Part shown: positions 31,355 to 41,462 of the stretch, in pieces
Layout: the number at the start of each line of letters is the position of its first letter
Position numbering within the stretch: position 1 is the stretch's first letter
From: an uncultured Gammaproteobacteria bacterium
GTDB taxonomy: Bacteria > Patescibacteriota > Patescibacteriia > UBA2591 > UBA6264
NCBI GenBank assembly: GCA_964596735.1
Contig: CAZQVF010000004.1
Span: forward strand, 229 to 64,228
Reading direction: 5' to 3'
Length of the DNA: 64,000 bases
The notes under the pieces: model-generated
What the model saw: the letters and a program-made list of their open reading frames with translations, nothing else
The model's database searches: none
Told to the model about the DNA's origin: nothing
Translations under genes and position numbers: made by a program

Positions 31355-34300
31355 TTATCTTTTAGGTTTTGTTTTTTTCAATCCTGTCCCTACTGGAATT
31401 AATCTACCAACAATTACGTTTTCTTTCAAGCCCCTTAAATGATCTGGACGACCACTAATGGCGGCCTTGACCAAAACTCTTGAAGTTTCTTGAAAAGAAG
31501 CAGCTGAAAGCCAAGAGTCAGTAGAAAGGGAAACCCGAGTAATACCAGTTAATCTTTCTTCTGCTTCCGCCTGCTTTTTACCTAAAGCCTTTGCCTTTTT
31601 ATTAATTTCCCATAAATAAGACTTGGGAACTATTTCTCCTGGTAAGAGATTTGTTTCTCCCCCGTCCTTAATTAAACAACGAGAAAACATTTGACGGATA
31701 ACTATTTCCACATGTTTATCATTTAACTTCTGCGCCTGAGATGAATAAATATATTGAATTTCCTTAAGGACATATTTTTCTGTTGCTTCTCTCCCCTGTA
31801 ATTCATAGAGTTCACGTAAATCCAAACTGCCGTCTGTTAATTGTTCTCCAACCTTAACCTTGTCTCCGTCTTTAACCCAAACATTATAGCCAGTAACATT
31901 GTATTCTTCTTTGTCGTCGCGTTCATAAAAAACTTTAATCGTTCCCGTACTAAGTTTAATCTTACCTTTATGCTTAGCGGTAATCTTTCTCTTTTTAAAT
32001 GTAGCTAAAACCTCTCCTCGTTTTACTTCCTGGTCTTGTTTAACTTTAATCTTCCAGTCTTCATCTTCATCAATCAAATAAGTTTCTTGTTTTTTTCCTT
32101 TATATTTCAAGATAATTCTTTTTTTATCATCTTCTTGAACTAAATTAACCACTCCATCGTGATTAACCATCACTGCCTTTTTCTTAACCGGCCGCACTTC
32201 AAAAAGTTCTTCAACTCGTGGCAAACCCTGAGTAATATCCACTCCCGCTACCCCACCAGTATGAAAAGTTCTTAATGTTAACTGGGTGCCTGGTTCACCA
32301 ATACTCTGAGCAGCGATAACACCAACCGGAGTACCTAATTCTACGGGTTTATTATAGCCTAAATCATAGCCATAACACTTAACACAGGTGCCATGCAGTG
32401 ATTTACAACTTAAAACAGATCGAATAAAAACTTTTTCAGGATCTGCTTCGTTAATCTCTTTTGCCTTTTCCCTGCTAATCATTTCATTGGCTTTGACAAT
32501 TACTTTTTTAGTCTTTGGACGTTTAATAGCCTGAACAGCAGTACGACCAAATAATCTGCTCTGCCAATCTTCATCCATTTCCAGATTTTCCTGGCGAGTT
32601 AAGCAAATACCCTTTTTATCACCGCAATTTTTTTCAGTAATAATTATGTCCTGACAAACATCAACCATGCGGCGAGTCAAATATCCAGCACTAGCCGTAC
32701 GCAAAGCCGTATCCGCTACACCTTTTCTCGAACCATGGGTAGAGATAAAGTATTCCAAAACATTGAAACCTTCTTTAAAAGAAGATTTAATGGGTAATTC
32801 AATTAAACGACCAGTTGGGGAAGAAACAATTCCTCTCATTCCAAACATCTGAGCTAACTGAGTCCAAGAACCACGCGCTCCTGATTCAACCATGGTAAAA
32901 ATTGCCGAGACAGCTAAGGGATTCTTTTTTACAATTTCTGTAATTTTACTCTTGGCTGTCATCCAGGTCTCAATACTCTTAAGATAGCGCTCATCTTCTG
33001 CCAATAAACCCATATCATACTGAGATTGTATTTTATCAATATTTTTCTCCGCTTCCCCAATAATCTTTTCTTTTTCTGGTAAATGGGGTAAATCATCCAT
33101 GCCCCAAGAAAGACCTGAGGCAGTTAAATATGAAAGAGTCGTTTGCTTAATTTTATCTAACAATTCAACTGTTTTTTCTCGCCCATGTATTTCTATAGAT
33201 TCGATAATAAAATTTTTGAGTCTCTTCTTATCAACAACATTATCCATTTGATAAAGTCCTGGGGGTAAGATATTATTAAAAGCTAATCGACCAGCACTAG
33301 TTTCCTTTATTCTTTTACCAATTCTAACATTAATTCTTTCTTGCAAATCTATTTTGCCTGACTGATAAGCCAAAAGGGCTTCTTCGGCATTAATAAAAGA
33401 TGAAAGATGTTTTTTCTTATCCTTAAGCATGGTCATATAATAAGCACCCCAAACCATGTCTTGGGTTGGGGTAACTACTGGCTCACCAGTGGCTGGTTTT
33501 AAAAGATTATGAGTAGATAAAATAATATCTTTTGCTTCTTTTTGAGCTCTTTCCGTAATAGGAACATGCACGGCCATTTGATCACCATCAAAATCCGCAT
33601 TAAAAGCGGCACAAACTAAAGGATGAATCTGAATTGCCTTACCCTCAATAAGGACAGGTTGAAAAGCTTGAATACCTAAGCGATGTAAAGTTGGGGCTCG
33701 ATTAAGCAAAACATAAGATTTTTTAGTAATTTCTTCTAAAATTGCCCAAACGTCTTCTGCCCCGTCCTCGATTAAACGATTAGCACTGCGAACATTATGA
33801 ACCAAACCTCTTTTAATTAATTCACTAGCAATAAAAGGCTTGAAAAGCTCTAGAGCCATGACCTTGGGCAAACCACATTGGTTTAATTTTAATTTAGGCC
33901 CGACAACAATTACGGATCGACCAGAATAGTCCACTCTTTTCCCAAGTAGATTTTGACGAAATCTTCCTTGTTTACCTTTTAAAATATCTGCTAAAGATTT
34001 TAAGGGTCTGCGTTGACCAGTAGAAGCAATGGTTGTTTTGCCTGACCTCATATTGTTGTCAATTAAAGCATCGACTGCTTCTTGAAGCATTCTTTTTTCA
34101 TTACGTAAAATTACCTCTGGAGCATGTAAATCATAAAGACGCTTTAATCGATTGTTACGATTAATCACTCTTCGATAAAGATCATTTAAGTCTGATGAGG
34201 CAAAACGGCCCCCATCAAGAGGAACCAGGGGCCTTAATTCTGGTGGAACAACAGGAATTGTTTTTAAAATCATATGTTCTGGCTGAATCTTGTTGACCAA

Positions 34301-35149
34301 AAAACTTCTCAAACATTCTATTCTTTGTACTAATTTCTTTTTTTTAGTTGGATTAGTCGTTTTTCTTTTCTCTTTTTCTATTTCTTTAACTAACTTAAGT
34401 AGTTCAATGTCTTGTAAAAGTTTTAAAATTGCTTCTGCCCCAATGTCGGCAGTTAAAATATGTCCGTATTTTAAAGAAAGATCTCTATACTCAAGTTCAG
34501 TTAATAATTTTTTGAGTCGTAAATCTAAAATTTCGCGCTTAGTTTCATTATAATCTTGGGTTAATTGTTCAATTTTTTTCTCTGCACCCTCCTCCTTTTT
34601 TAATTCTTTTTTCTTTTGTTTAAACTCTTGTTCCAATTCTTCAAGCGTCTGTTGTTTTAAATCTTCTTTTATCTCAGTAATAACAAAATTAGCAAAATAG
34701 ACCACTTTTTCTAAGGTCTGAACTGACATCTCTAAGGCTAAGCCTATCCTTGATGGAACACTGCGTAAAAACCAAATATGAGTAACAGGAGCGGCTAATT
34801 GAATATGTCCCATTCTTTCGCGCCTGACCAAACTGCGAGTTACTTCAACCCCACAGCGATCACAAACAATGCCTCGATAACGAAGTTTTTTATACTTACC
34901 ACAAGCACATTGCCAGTCTTTTACTGGACCAAAAATCTTTTGACAAAATAAACCATCTCTTTCTGGTTTTCTGCTTCGATAATTAATTGTCTCTGGTTTG
35001 GTAACTTCGCCATATGACCAACCACCTTTTTCTTTTGGTCCCATTTCTTTTGAAGAAGCCAGTCGTAAAGAAATAGCATTAAAATCTAAATTCCGTCGTG
35101 GTTTATCACTTGGCAAGGTCAATGTTCCAATTGTTGATGGTGTTGACAT
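31355..35149 (-). CDS. rpoC: RNA polymerase beta' subunit
   Basis: Zn finger, GKRVDYSGR, NADFDGD, SIGEPGTQLT, DITQGLPR. Confidence 0.99.
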   Translation of the reverse strand: MSTPSTIGTLTLPSDKPRRNLDFNAISLRLASSKEMGPKEKGGWSYGEVTKPETINYRSRKPERDGLFCQKIFGPVKDWQCACGKYKKLRYRGIVCDRCGVEVTRSLVRRERMGHIQLAAPVTHIWFLRSVPSRIGLALEMSVQTLEKVVYFANFVITEIKEDLKQQTLEELEQEFKQKKKELKKEEGAEKKIEQLTQDYNETKREILDLRLKKLLTELEYRDLSLKYGHILTADIGAEAILKLLQDIELLKLVKEIEKEKRKTTNPTKKKKLVQRIECLRSFLVNKIQPEHMILKTIPVVPPELRPLVPLDGGRFASSDLNDLYRRVINRNNRLKRLYDLHAPEVILRNEKRMLQEAVDALIDNNMRSGKTTIASTGQRRPLKSLADILKGKQGRFRQNLLGKRVDYSGRSVIVVGPKLKLNQCGLPKVMALELFKPFIASELIKRGLVHNVRSANRLIEDGAEDVWAILEEITKKSYVLLNRAPTLHRLGIQAFQPVLIEGKAIQIHPLVCAAFNADFDGDQMAVHVPITERAQKEAKDIILSTHNLLKPATGEPVVTPTQDMVWGAYYMTMLKDKKKHLSSFINAEEALLAYQSGKIDLQERINVRIGKRIKETSAGRLAFNNILPPGLYQMDNVVDKKRLKNFIIESIEIHGREKTVELLDKIKQTTLSYLTASGLSWGMDDLPHLPEKEKIIGEAEKNIDKIQSQYDMGLLAEDERYLKSIETWMTAKSKITEIVKKNPLAVSAIFTMVESGARGSWTQLAQMFGMRGIVSSPTGRLIELPIKSSFKEGFNVLEYFISTHGSRKGVADTALRTASAGYLTRRMVDVCQDIIITEKNCGDKKGICLTRQENLEMDEDWQSRLFGRTAVQAIKRPKTKKVIVKANEMISREKAKEINEADPEKVFIRSVLSCKSLHGTCVKCYGYDLGYNKPVELGTPVGVIAAQSIGEPGTQLTLRTFHTGGVAGVDITQGLPRVEELFEVRPVKKKAVMVNHDGVVNLVQEDDKKRIILKYKGKKQETYLIDEDEDWKIKVKQDQEVKRGEVLATFKKRKITAKHKGKIKLSTGTIKVFYERDDKEEYNVTGYNVWVKDGDKVKVGEQLTDGSLDLRELYELQGREATEKYVLKEIQYIYSSQAQKLNDKHVEIVIRQMFSRCLIKDGGETNLLPGEIVPKSYLWEINKKAKALGKKQAEAEERLTGITRVSLSTDSWLSAASFQETSRVLVKAAISGRPDHLRGLKENVIVGRLIPVGTGLKKTKPKR

Positions 35150-35160
35150 AAAATTTAATA

Positions 35161-38100
35161 TTATCTTGTTTTAATCATTTCCACGTTTAAACCCAGTCCT
35201 TTTAATTCACGGACTAAAACGCTAAATGATTCTGGGATATAGGTTTCTCTTACTGGCAGGCCCTTAATAATTGATTCATAAGCCTTGGTTCTCCCCAAAA
35301 CATCATCCGACTTGATTGTTAACATTTCCTGTAAAGTATAAGCCGCTCCATAGCCCTCTAAAGCCCAGACTTCCATTTCCCCAAATCTTTGTCCACCAAA
35401 CTGAGCCTTTCCCCCTAAAGGCTGTTGAGTGATTAAAGAATAAGGGCCAATTGATCGTTGGTGAATTTTGTCTTCAACCAAATGGTTAAGTTTCATAAAA
35501 TACGTGTAGCCGACCGTAACTGGGTTTTTAAAAGCCTTGCCCGTGCGACCATCATAAAGAATCATTTTTCCGCTTGAAGAAAATCCTGCTCTGACTAATT
35601 CTTGTTTAATTGTCTCCTCTTTAATTCCATTTAAAGGAGGGGTGGCTGTTTTATAACCTAGTTTTTGAGCGGCTAACCCCATATGAATTTCTAAAATCTG
35701 ACCCAAATTCATTCGTGAAACAACTCCCAAGGGGTTAAGAATGATATCAATTGGAGTTCCATCTTTTAAATAAGGCATGTCTTCTTGAGAAACAACCCTA
35801 GAAACTACTCCCTTATTGCCATGGCGGCCAGCCATTTTATCCCCCACCTGAATTTTTCTTAAATCAGCAACTAAAACCTGGATTGACTTAACTACTCCTG
35901 GGGCTAATTTATCTCCTCTTTCGCGAGAAAATATTTTAATTCCAATTACTTTACCATGTTCTCCGTGTTCAAGATAAAGAGAAGAATCCCTCACGTCCTG
36001 AGCCTTTTCTCCAAAAATCGCTCTAAGTAATTTTTCTTCCGCTGTCAACTCGGCCTCTCCTTTGGGGGTAATTTTCCCAACTAAAATATCACCTGATTTT
36101 ACTTCTGCGCCAACTCTAATAATTCCTTCTTCATCAAGATCCTTTAACTTTTCTTCACTAACATTAGGAATATCTCTTGTGGTCATTTCTGGGCCAAATT
36201 TTGTTTCCCGAATATCAATGGTGTGTTCGTCAATATGCAAAGAAGTAAATTTATCCTGGTGAACCAGCCTTGAGGATATTAAAATAGCGTCTTCGTAATT
36301 ACCGCCCTCCCAAACCATAAAGGCACCTAAAATATTTTGACCTAGGGCCAACTCTCCGTTATCAATTGAAGAGCCACGAGCTAAGATATCACCAACTTTA
36401 ACAGTTTGATTTTTTACCACTGAGGGCTGTTGATTTACACAAGTATCATAATTTGAGCGAAGATATTTATCTAAATAATAAGTTTTTGTCTTGCCTGAAC
36501 GACCAGTTATACGGATATGATTAGCATCAACCTCAGTTACTTTTCCTGACTCCTTGGCAATAACTAAATGCCCAGAATCCTGCGCTATTTTACCTTCAAC
36601 TCCTGTTCCTACTATTGGAGATTCTGGCTTTATCAAAGGAACTGCCTGACGCTGCATATTAGTCCCCATCAAAGCTCTAACCCCATCATCATGTTCTAAA
36701 AATGGAATCAAAGATGTCCCAATACTAATGATTTGATTAGCCGCCACATCAGTAAACTCTACCTCTAAAACCTTACAAAAACCAGGACGACCATAAATTC
36801 TTGCTTCAACTTTTTTCTCAGTAATACGTCCTTTTTTATCAACCTCAGTAAGAAAAGGAGCAATAATATATTGTTCCTCTTCATGAGCATTAAGATAAAC
36901 TATCTGATTAGTTATTCTTCCTTTGACTACTTTTTGATAAGGGGTTTCAATAAAACCATATTCATTAATCCGAGCATAACAGGACAAATGACTGACTAAG
37001 CCAACATTTGGCCCTTCTGGCGTAGCAATGGGACAAATTTTACCATAATAGGTCCGATGAACGTCTCTTACCTCAAAGCCGGCTCTCTCTCGGCTTAACC
37101 CGCCCGGACCAGCCACGGTTAATCTCCTTTTGTGGGATAATTCAGAAAGAATATTGGTTTGGTCCATAAATTGAGATAACTGTGAAGACATGAAAAATTC
37201 TTTAATCACACCGGTAATTGGTCTAATATTAACTAACTGTCCTGGAGTTGCTTTTCCCTCTATAACGCTCATGCGATCTTTAGTAATACGCTGTAATCTA
37301 AGCATACCTACTCTCATTCTGTTTTGAACTAATTCGCCAACCGCACGGATACGACGGTTGGCTAAATGATCAATATCGTCTGGATTTCCCTGACTAATGT
37401 TAAGCTTAATAATTTCTGAAATCATTGCTTTTAAATCCTCTGGACGCAAAACCCTCTTTTCTATATTTTTATCAAGACTAAGTCGTTGATTTATCTTGTA
37501 TCTTCCTACTTTGCTTAAATCATAACGATTAGGCAAGAAAAACATGGCATAAATCAAAGATTTGGCATTGTCAACTGTAGCTAAATCACCCGGTCGGATT
37601 TTACGATAAACTTCAATTAATCCTTCTTCTTCTGAGGCAGAAGGATCTTTTTCCATTGTCGCTTTAATATAGTCTAGGGCAGAAACATCTATTTTGGGTT
37701 TTTTGCTTTTTTTGTCTAAACGAGCCTTTTTTGGAGTAAATAAATCTAAAATTTCTTTATCTGTCCCATAGCCAAAAACTCTAAGTAAGGAAGTAACGGG
37801 TGTTTTTCTTTGCCGATCAATTCTTACCCAAATTACACCCTTGGTATCTGTTTCAAACTCAAGCCAGGCTCCTCGATCAGGAATTATTTTAGCTCCGTAA
37901 AAAAATCGCCCCTTGATTGATTCTCTTGAGAAAAATACGCCGGGCGATCTAATTAACTGCTGAACAATAACCCTTTCAATGCCATTAATAATAAAAGTTC
38001 CCCTTTCAGTCATCAGGGGAATGTCGCTAAAGTAGATTTCTTGGGCAACTCTTTTTCCAGTTTTCTTATTAATTAAACGCACCTTTGCGGTTAAAGGTGC

Positions 38101-38343
38101 TTCATATGTTAAATTTCTATTCTTACTTGTTGCCTCGTCAAACTTTGGCAAACCTAAAGAACAGTTCACAAAATGTAATTCAAAATTTTTCCCCACCGAG
38201 TCTTCAATTGGAGAAAATTCTTTTATTAATTCTTTAATCCCCTTTTTCAAAAACCAAGAATAAGAAGTCTTCTGTATTTGGGTTAGATCAGGCAAGGGCA
38301 AATTGGAGCGGGATTCTGAAAAATATTTACGTTCTTCAGACAT
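35161..38343 (-). CDS. rpoB: RNA polymerase beta subunit
   Basis: SQFMDQ, GDKMAGRHGNKG, GGQRFGEME. ATG 38343 preferred over TTG 38361. Confidence 0.99.
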   Translation of the reverse strand: MSEERKYFSESRSNLPLPDLTQIQKTSYSWFLKKGIKELIKEFSPIEDSVGKNFELHFVNCSLGLPKFDEATSKNRNLTYEAPLTAKVRLINKKTGKRVAQEIYFSDIPLMTERGTFIINGIERVIVQQLIRSPGVFFSRESIKGRFFYGAKIIPDRGAWLEFETDTKGVIWVRIDRQRKTPVTSLLRVFGYGTDKEILDLFTPKKARLDKKSKKPKIDVSALDYIKATMEKDPSASEEEGLIEVYRKIRPGDLATVDNAKSLIYAMFFLPNRYDLSKVGRYKINQRLSLDKNIEKRVLRPEDLKAMISEIIKLNISQGNPDDIDHLANRRIRAVGELVQNRMRVGMLRLQRITKDRMSVIEGKATPGQLVNIRPITGVIKEFFMSSQLSQFMDQTNILSELSHKRRLTVAGPGGLSRERAGFEVRDVHRTYYGKICPIATPEGPNVGLVSHLSCYARINEYGFIETPYQKVVKGRITNQIVYLNAHEEEQYIIAPFLTEVDKKGRITEKKVEARIYGRPGFCKVLEVEFTDVAANQIISIGTSLIPFLEHDDGVRALMGTNMQRQAVPLIKPESPIVGTGVEGKIAQDSGHLVIAKESGKVTEVDANHIRITGRSGKTKTYYLDKYLRSNYDTCVNQQPSVVKNQTVKVGDILARGSSIDNGELALGQNILGAFMVWEGGNYEDAILISSRLVHQDKFTSLHIDEHTIDIRETKFGPEMTTRDIPNVSEEKLKDLDEEGIIRVGAEVKSGDILVGKITPKGEAELTAEEKLLRAIFGEKAQDVRDSSLYLEHGEHGKVIGIKIFSRERGDKLAPGVVKSIQVLVADLRKIQVGDKMAGRHGNKGVVSRVVSQEDMPYLKDGTPIDIILNPLGVVSRMNLGQILEIHMGLAAQKLGYKTATPPLNGIKEETIKQELVRAGFSSSGKMILYDGRTGKAFKNPVTVGYTYFMKLNHLVEDKIHQRSIGPYSLITQQPLGGKAQFGGQRFGEMEVWALEGYGAAYTLQEMLTIKSDDVLGRTKAYESIIKGLPVRETYIPESFSVLVRELKGLGLNVEMIKTR

Positions 38344-38359
38344 AAAATATTTTGAGGGC

Positions 38360-38394
38360 AAAAAAACCTCAGGAATGTGCTTCCTAAAAGGTTT
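38360..38394 (-). terminator. Putative attenuator hairpin in the rpoB leader
   Basis: - strand AAACCTTTTAGGAA-GCACA-TTCCTGAGG-TTTTTTT, between the promoter and the ATG. Confidence 0.45.
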
Positions 38395-38457
38395 GTTTAT
38401 TTAATTTTCTAAATCTTTTGTATTATAAAAAAATAAGATAAAAAAACGACTAAATAA

Positions 38458-38486
38458 ATAATATCAAAAAACTCTTATTTAGTCAA
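38458..38486 (-). promoter_or_regulatory. sigma70-type promoter of rpoB
   Basis: TTGACT-17 bp-TATTAT with TG extended -10. Confidence 0.6.
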
Positions 38487-38533
38487 CTCTATCTATTGCA
38501 TTATTTTAACGCTCTATTAAGCCAAAATAGAGT

Positions 38534-38553
38534 TTATCCACAAATCATCCACA
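38534..38553 (+). promoter_or_regulatory. Two tandem DnaA boxes
   Basis: TTATCCACA (perfect, 38534-38542) and TCATCCACA (1 mismatch, 38545-38553). Confidence 0.6.
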
Positions 38554-38576
38554 GGTCTATAATTGAAATGTTTTTT

Positions 38577-38641
38577 AATTTCAAGGTTCCCGCCTAAATT
38601 TCGAAGAAACTTTGGCGGGGTTCTCGCCGAAGGCGAAGTTC
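38577..38641 (-). repeat. GAACC-bounded double hairpin cassette after the murE stop
   Basis: GGTTC-CCGCCTAAATTTCGAAGAAACTTTGGCGG-GGTTC-TCGCCGAAGGCGA-AGTTC. First 50 bp identical to 42444-42493. Confidence 0.85.
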
Positions 38642-38647
38642 TTATTC

Positions 38648-39967
38648 TTATCCCTCATCTAAAACCTCTCTAACAATTGCTCTATCGTCCCAAGCAATCT
38701 TTTGATTTTTGGGTCCCATAATCCATGGTTCACAACCTTTGCCAGTAATGATTACTACATCCCCTGCTCGAGCCAGATTTATAGCTTTTCTAATGGCTTT
38801 TTTTCTATCAAGAATCTTAATCGCCTTTTTATTTTTTATTCCTGAAATTATTTGATCAATAATTTGCTCAGGATCTTCATTATAAGAATCTTCATTAGTA
38901 ATAATTATTTCGTCTCCATATTTTTCAGCAATCTGTCCCATAATTGGCCTTTTCCATTTATCTCTTCCTCCACCAGCTGAACCTAAAACACAAATTAATC
39001 TGGGCTTCCGCCGAAGGCGGATCCGCTTCTGGCGGAGATTCTTTAAGGTTTGATAAACCTTTTCCAAGGAATCGGGAATATGAGCATAGTCAACAATAAC
39101 AGTAAATGGCTGCTTATCAACCACTTCCATGCGTCCGGGTATTTGCTCAACTTTTGTTAAAGCTTTTTGACAAATATTTAAATCAATGCTCTGAGATAAA
39201 GCCACACAAATAGCGCTTAAAGCATTTATCACATTAAATTTTCCTAGTAGATTGATTTTAAAATTAACATTATTAACTATAAATTCTGAACCATCTGACA
39301 TAGTTCTGATATTTTCCGCGCTGACAACCTTAATATCTTTCAAAATATTTCCTTCGCAAGTATAACCATATTGCTGATCAACTTTAAATTTTAAAAAATA
39401 CTCTTTGTTTTCATCATCTAAATTAACAATGCTAGCCTTATTAATTATTTTCTTATTAATCTTTTTTCTTTTACATTTACTTAAATGTTGAAAAAACTTT
39501 TGTTTAGCCTTCCTATATTTTTCAAAACTACCATGATATTCAATGTGTTCTTTTGATAAATTAGTAAAAACACCAATATCATAGTTAATCCCTAAATGTC
39601 TATATTGCTTAACCCCCTGCGAAGTTGTTTCGATCACAGCATACTGACAACCAGCTTTATACATTTGTTTTAATAATTTTTGTAAAGCAAAACGACCAAG
39701 CATGGTCATTTTATGTTTATTAATTTTTTCCTCTTTACCAATTTTAAAATTAAAAGTAGTGGTTAAACCTACTTTAAATCCAGCTTGTTCTAAAATTTGG
39801 CCGATTAAATTAACCACTGTGGATTTAGCCGAAGTACCGGTCACACCAATAACAATCATTTTATTACTGGGATGGCCATAAATAAAGGCAGCTAAGTGAG
39901 CTAAAGCCCAGTGATAGAATAATAGAACTGGCTGAGGAACTATTTTTTTTAACAATCTTTTTATCAT
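38648..39967 (-). CDS. murE: UDP-N-acetylmuramoyl-tripeptide synthetase (MurE-type Mur ligase)
   Basis: IGVTGT..KST, FTNLS.EH, PGRME, VDYAH.PD, GGGRD..KRP.MG, GKG.E. Confidence 0.88.
   Translation of the reverse strand: MIKRLLKKIVPQPVLLFYHWALAHLAAFIYGHPSNKMIVIGVTGTSAKSTVVNLIGQILEQAGFKVGLTTTFNFKIGKEEKINKHKMTMLGRFALQKLLKQMYKAGCQYAVIETTSQGVKQYRHLGINYDIGVFTNLSKEHIEYHGSFEKYRKAKQKFFQHLSKCKRKKINKKIINKASIVNLDDENKEYFLKFKVDQQYGYTCEGNILKDIKVVSAENIRTMSDGSEFIVNNVNFKINLLGKFNVINALSAICVALSQSIDLNICQKALTKVEQIPGRMEVVDKQPFTVIVDYAHIPDSLEKVYQTLKNLRQKRIRLRRKPRLICVLGSAGGGRDKWKRPIMGQIAEKYGDEIIITNEDSYNEDPEQIIDQIISGIKNKKAIKILDRKKAIRKAINLARAGDVVIITGKGCEPWIMGPKNQKIAWDDRAIVREVLDEG
39007..39036. repeat. 30-bp tandem double palindrome, in frame inside murE
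   Basis: TCCGCC-GAA-GGCGGA followed by TCCGC-TTCT-GGCGGA. GC-rich island in AT-rich coding sequence. Confidence 0.75.
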
Positions 39968-41421
39968 TTATTTATTTTTTTAATAAGCCTAACTATTCCT
40001 TTATTTGCATCTACCTCTACTAAATCACCGTTCCTCAGAACCCTTGTAGCTGTTTTTGTACCAACAATGCAAGGTATTTTAAGTTCGCGAGAAATTATTG
40101 CTGCATGACAGGCTAAACCACCTTCATCTGTAATAATAGCTGCAGATTTATTTACCAATGGCATAAAATCCGGCCTGGTCATAGCAGTAACCAAAATCTC
40201 TCCCTGACTCATTTTAACATTACTACGAGGGTTAAGTACAACCTTAATTTTTCCACTAACTACACCCCCTGAGGCCGTTAAGCCCTTGATTACCTTGATT
40301 CTCTGATGACTTCTCGGTTTCGCCTGAACTAATGATAATAAAAATGGATTAATATTTTTATTTAGCCACCAGATTCTTCCATTTTTATTTCTAAACTGAA
40401 CAACTAAATCAAATCGTTTCTTAATAGAATTCAGATCTATTCTTTTGTTCTGCAAAAAATCTATGAATTCGCTAGGTAACATATGATATAAAATCTTCCT
40501 AGAAATATTTTTTTCTTTAGCTGCTTTTCGAATAATCACATCTTGCCAATATGTACCAATTAGACCCGCTTTTTTTCTGCGGTCCTGCCACCCTGCCATA
40601 AAAGATATTAATTCTAATATTTTAATTTCTTGCTTGGTAAATATGTTAGCTCTTTTGATTTTTAGCTTTTCTTTCTTAATATTTCTTTTATAATCCTTGA
40701 TCTCCTCTAAGTCTTTTTTTATTTCTAACATTCCTTTAAACTCTTTGGCTGTTTTGATCTCTTTTAAGATATCTTCCTCTGTTAATGCTTTTGCTCCGAG
40801 ATAATTCGTATACAGCCAATAATATTTCTTTAGGTAGCTCCTGGCAGTACTTTCTTTATTCTTTGTAAAGGCTATTTCAAAAAGATTTTTTCTGGCGACA
40901 GAAAGAAAAGAAGACTCTTTAGGAGAAGACAATATGTTTATTTCACTATGAAGCTTTGGATATTTTTTTATCAACTTTTTAGAGATATATTCACTATAAT
41001 TTAAAAAATACTCCGGAATAATACCATAAGCCCACTGGGTTGAATGGGCATTATAAATATTAATATAGTCCAGGGTAATGTCATTTATCCCCCCTTTCTC
41101 TATCTTCTTAACCAATTCATAAAAGCGTCTTTCTTTGTCTTCCCACCGCCTGAACTCTCTATTAATAAACTTTGTGTTCTTAATCAACTCTTCTGATCTC
41201 TTAATAAGCAAAGATTTATTATAAACCCAAACAAGATTAGAGCCTTTAAAAATCGTCAAAATAAAGTCAAAATTTAACTTTATCTTTTTAGCATGTGGAG
41301 AATGTGTTAAAGGATTATCAGCAGAAAAAAACAAATGAATATTGCCCGGGAAATTAAAAACGCCAATTGACTCTAATCTCTGAAGCTTGTTTATAATCCT
41401 TTTTTCTATCTTTTGAGACAT
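39964..41421 (-). CDS. Unknown N-terminal domain + C-terminal PEP-utilizer phospho-His swivel domain (paralog 4)
   Basis: EILVTAMTRPDF.P...AIITDEGGLACHAAIISRELKIPCIVGTK. ATG 41421 preferred because the longer ORF overlaps the upstream gene's tail. Confidence 0.85.
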   Translation of the reverse strand: MSQKIEKRIINKLQRLESIGVFNFPGNIHLFFSADNPLTHSPHAKKIKLNFDFILTIFKGSNLVWVYNKSLLIKRSEELIKNTKFINREFRRWEDKERRFYELVKKIEKGGINDITLDYINIYNAHSTQWAYGIIPEYFLNYSEYISKKLIKKYPKLHSEINILSSPKESSFLSVARKNLFEIAFTKNKESTARSYLKKYYWLYTNYLGAKALTEEDILKEIKTAKEFKGMLEIKKDLEEIKDYKRNIKKEKLKIKRANIFTKQEIKILELISFMAGWQDRRKKAGLIGTYWQDVIIRKAAKEKNISRKILYHMLPSEFIDFLQNKRIDLNSIKKRFDLVVQFRNKNGRIWWLNKNINPFLLSLVQAKPRSHQRIKVIKGLTASGGVVSGKIKVVLNPRSNVKMSQGEILVTAMTRPDFMPLVNKSAAIITDEGGLACHAAIISRELKIPCIVGTKTATRVLRNGDLVEVDANKGIVRLIKKINK

Positions 41422-41462
41422 AGAAAGATAACGCTTTATCAAAGCTATTTTAATATAAAAAT

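Noticed and set aside
38400-38580. Replication origin at the DnaA boxes
   Set aside because: Only two boxes, no dnaA/dnaN nearby, and gene orientation does not switch here. It cannot be excluded without genome-wide GC skew.
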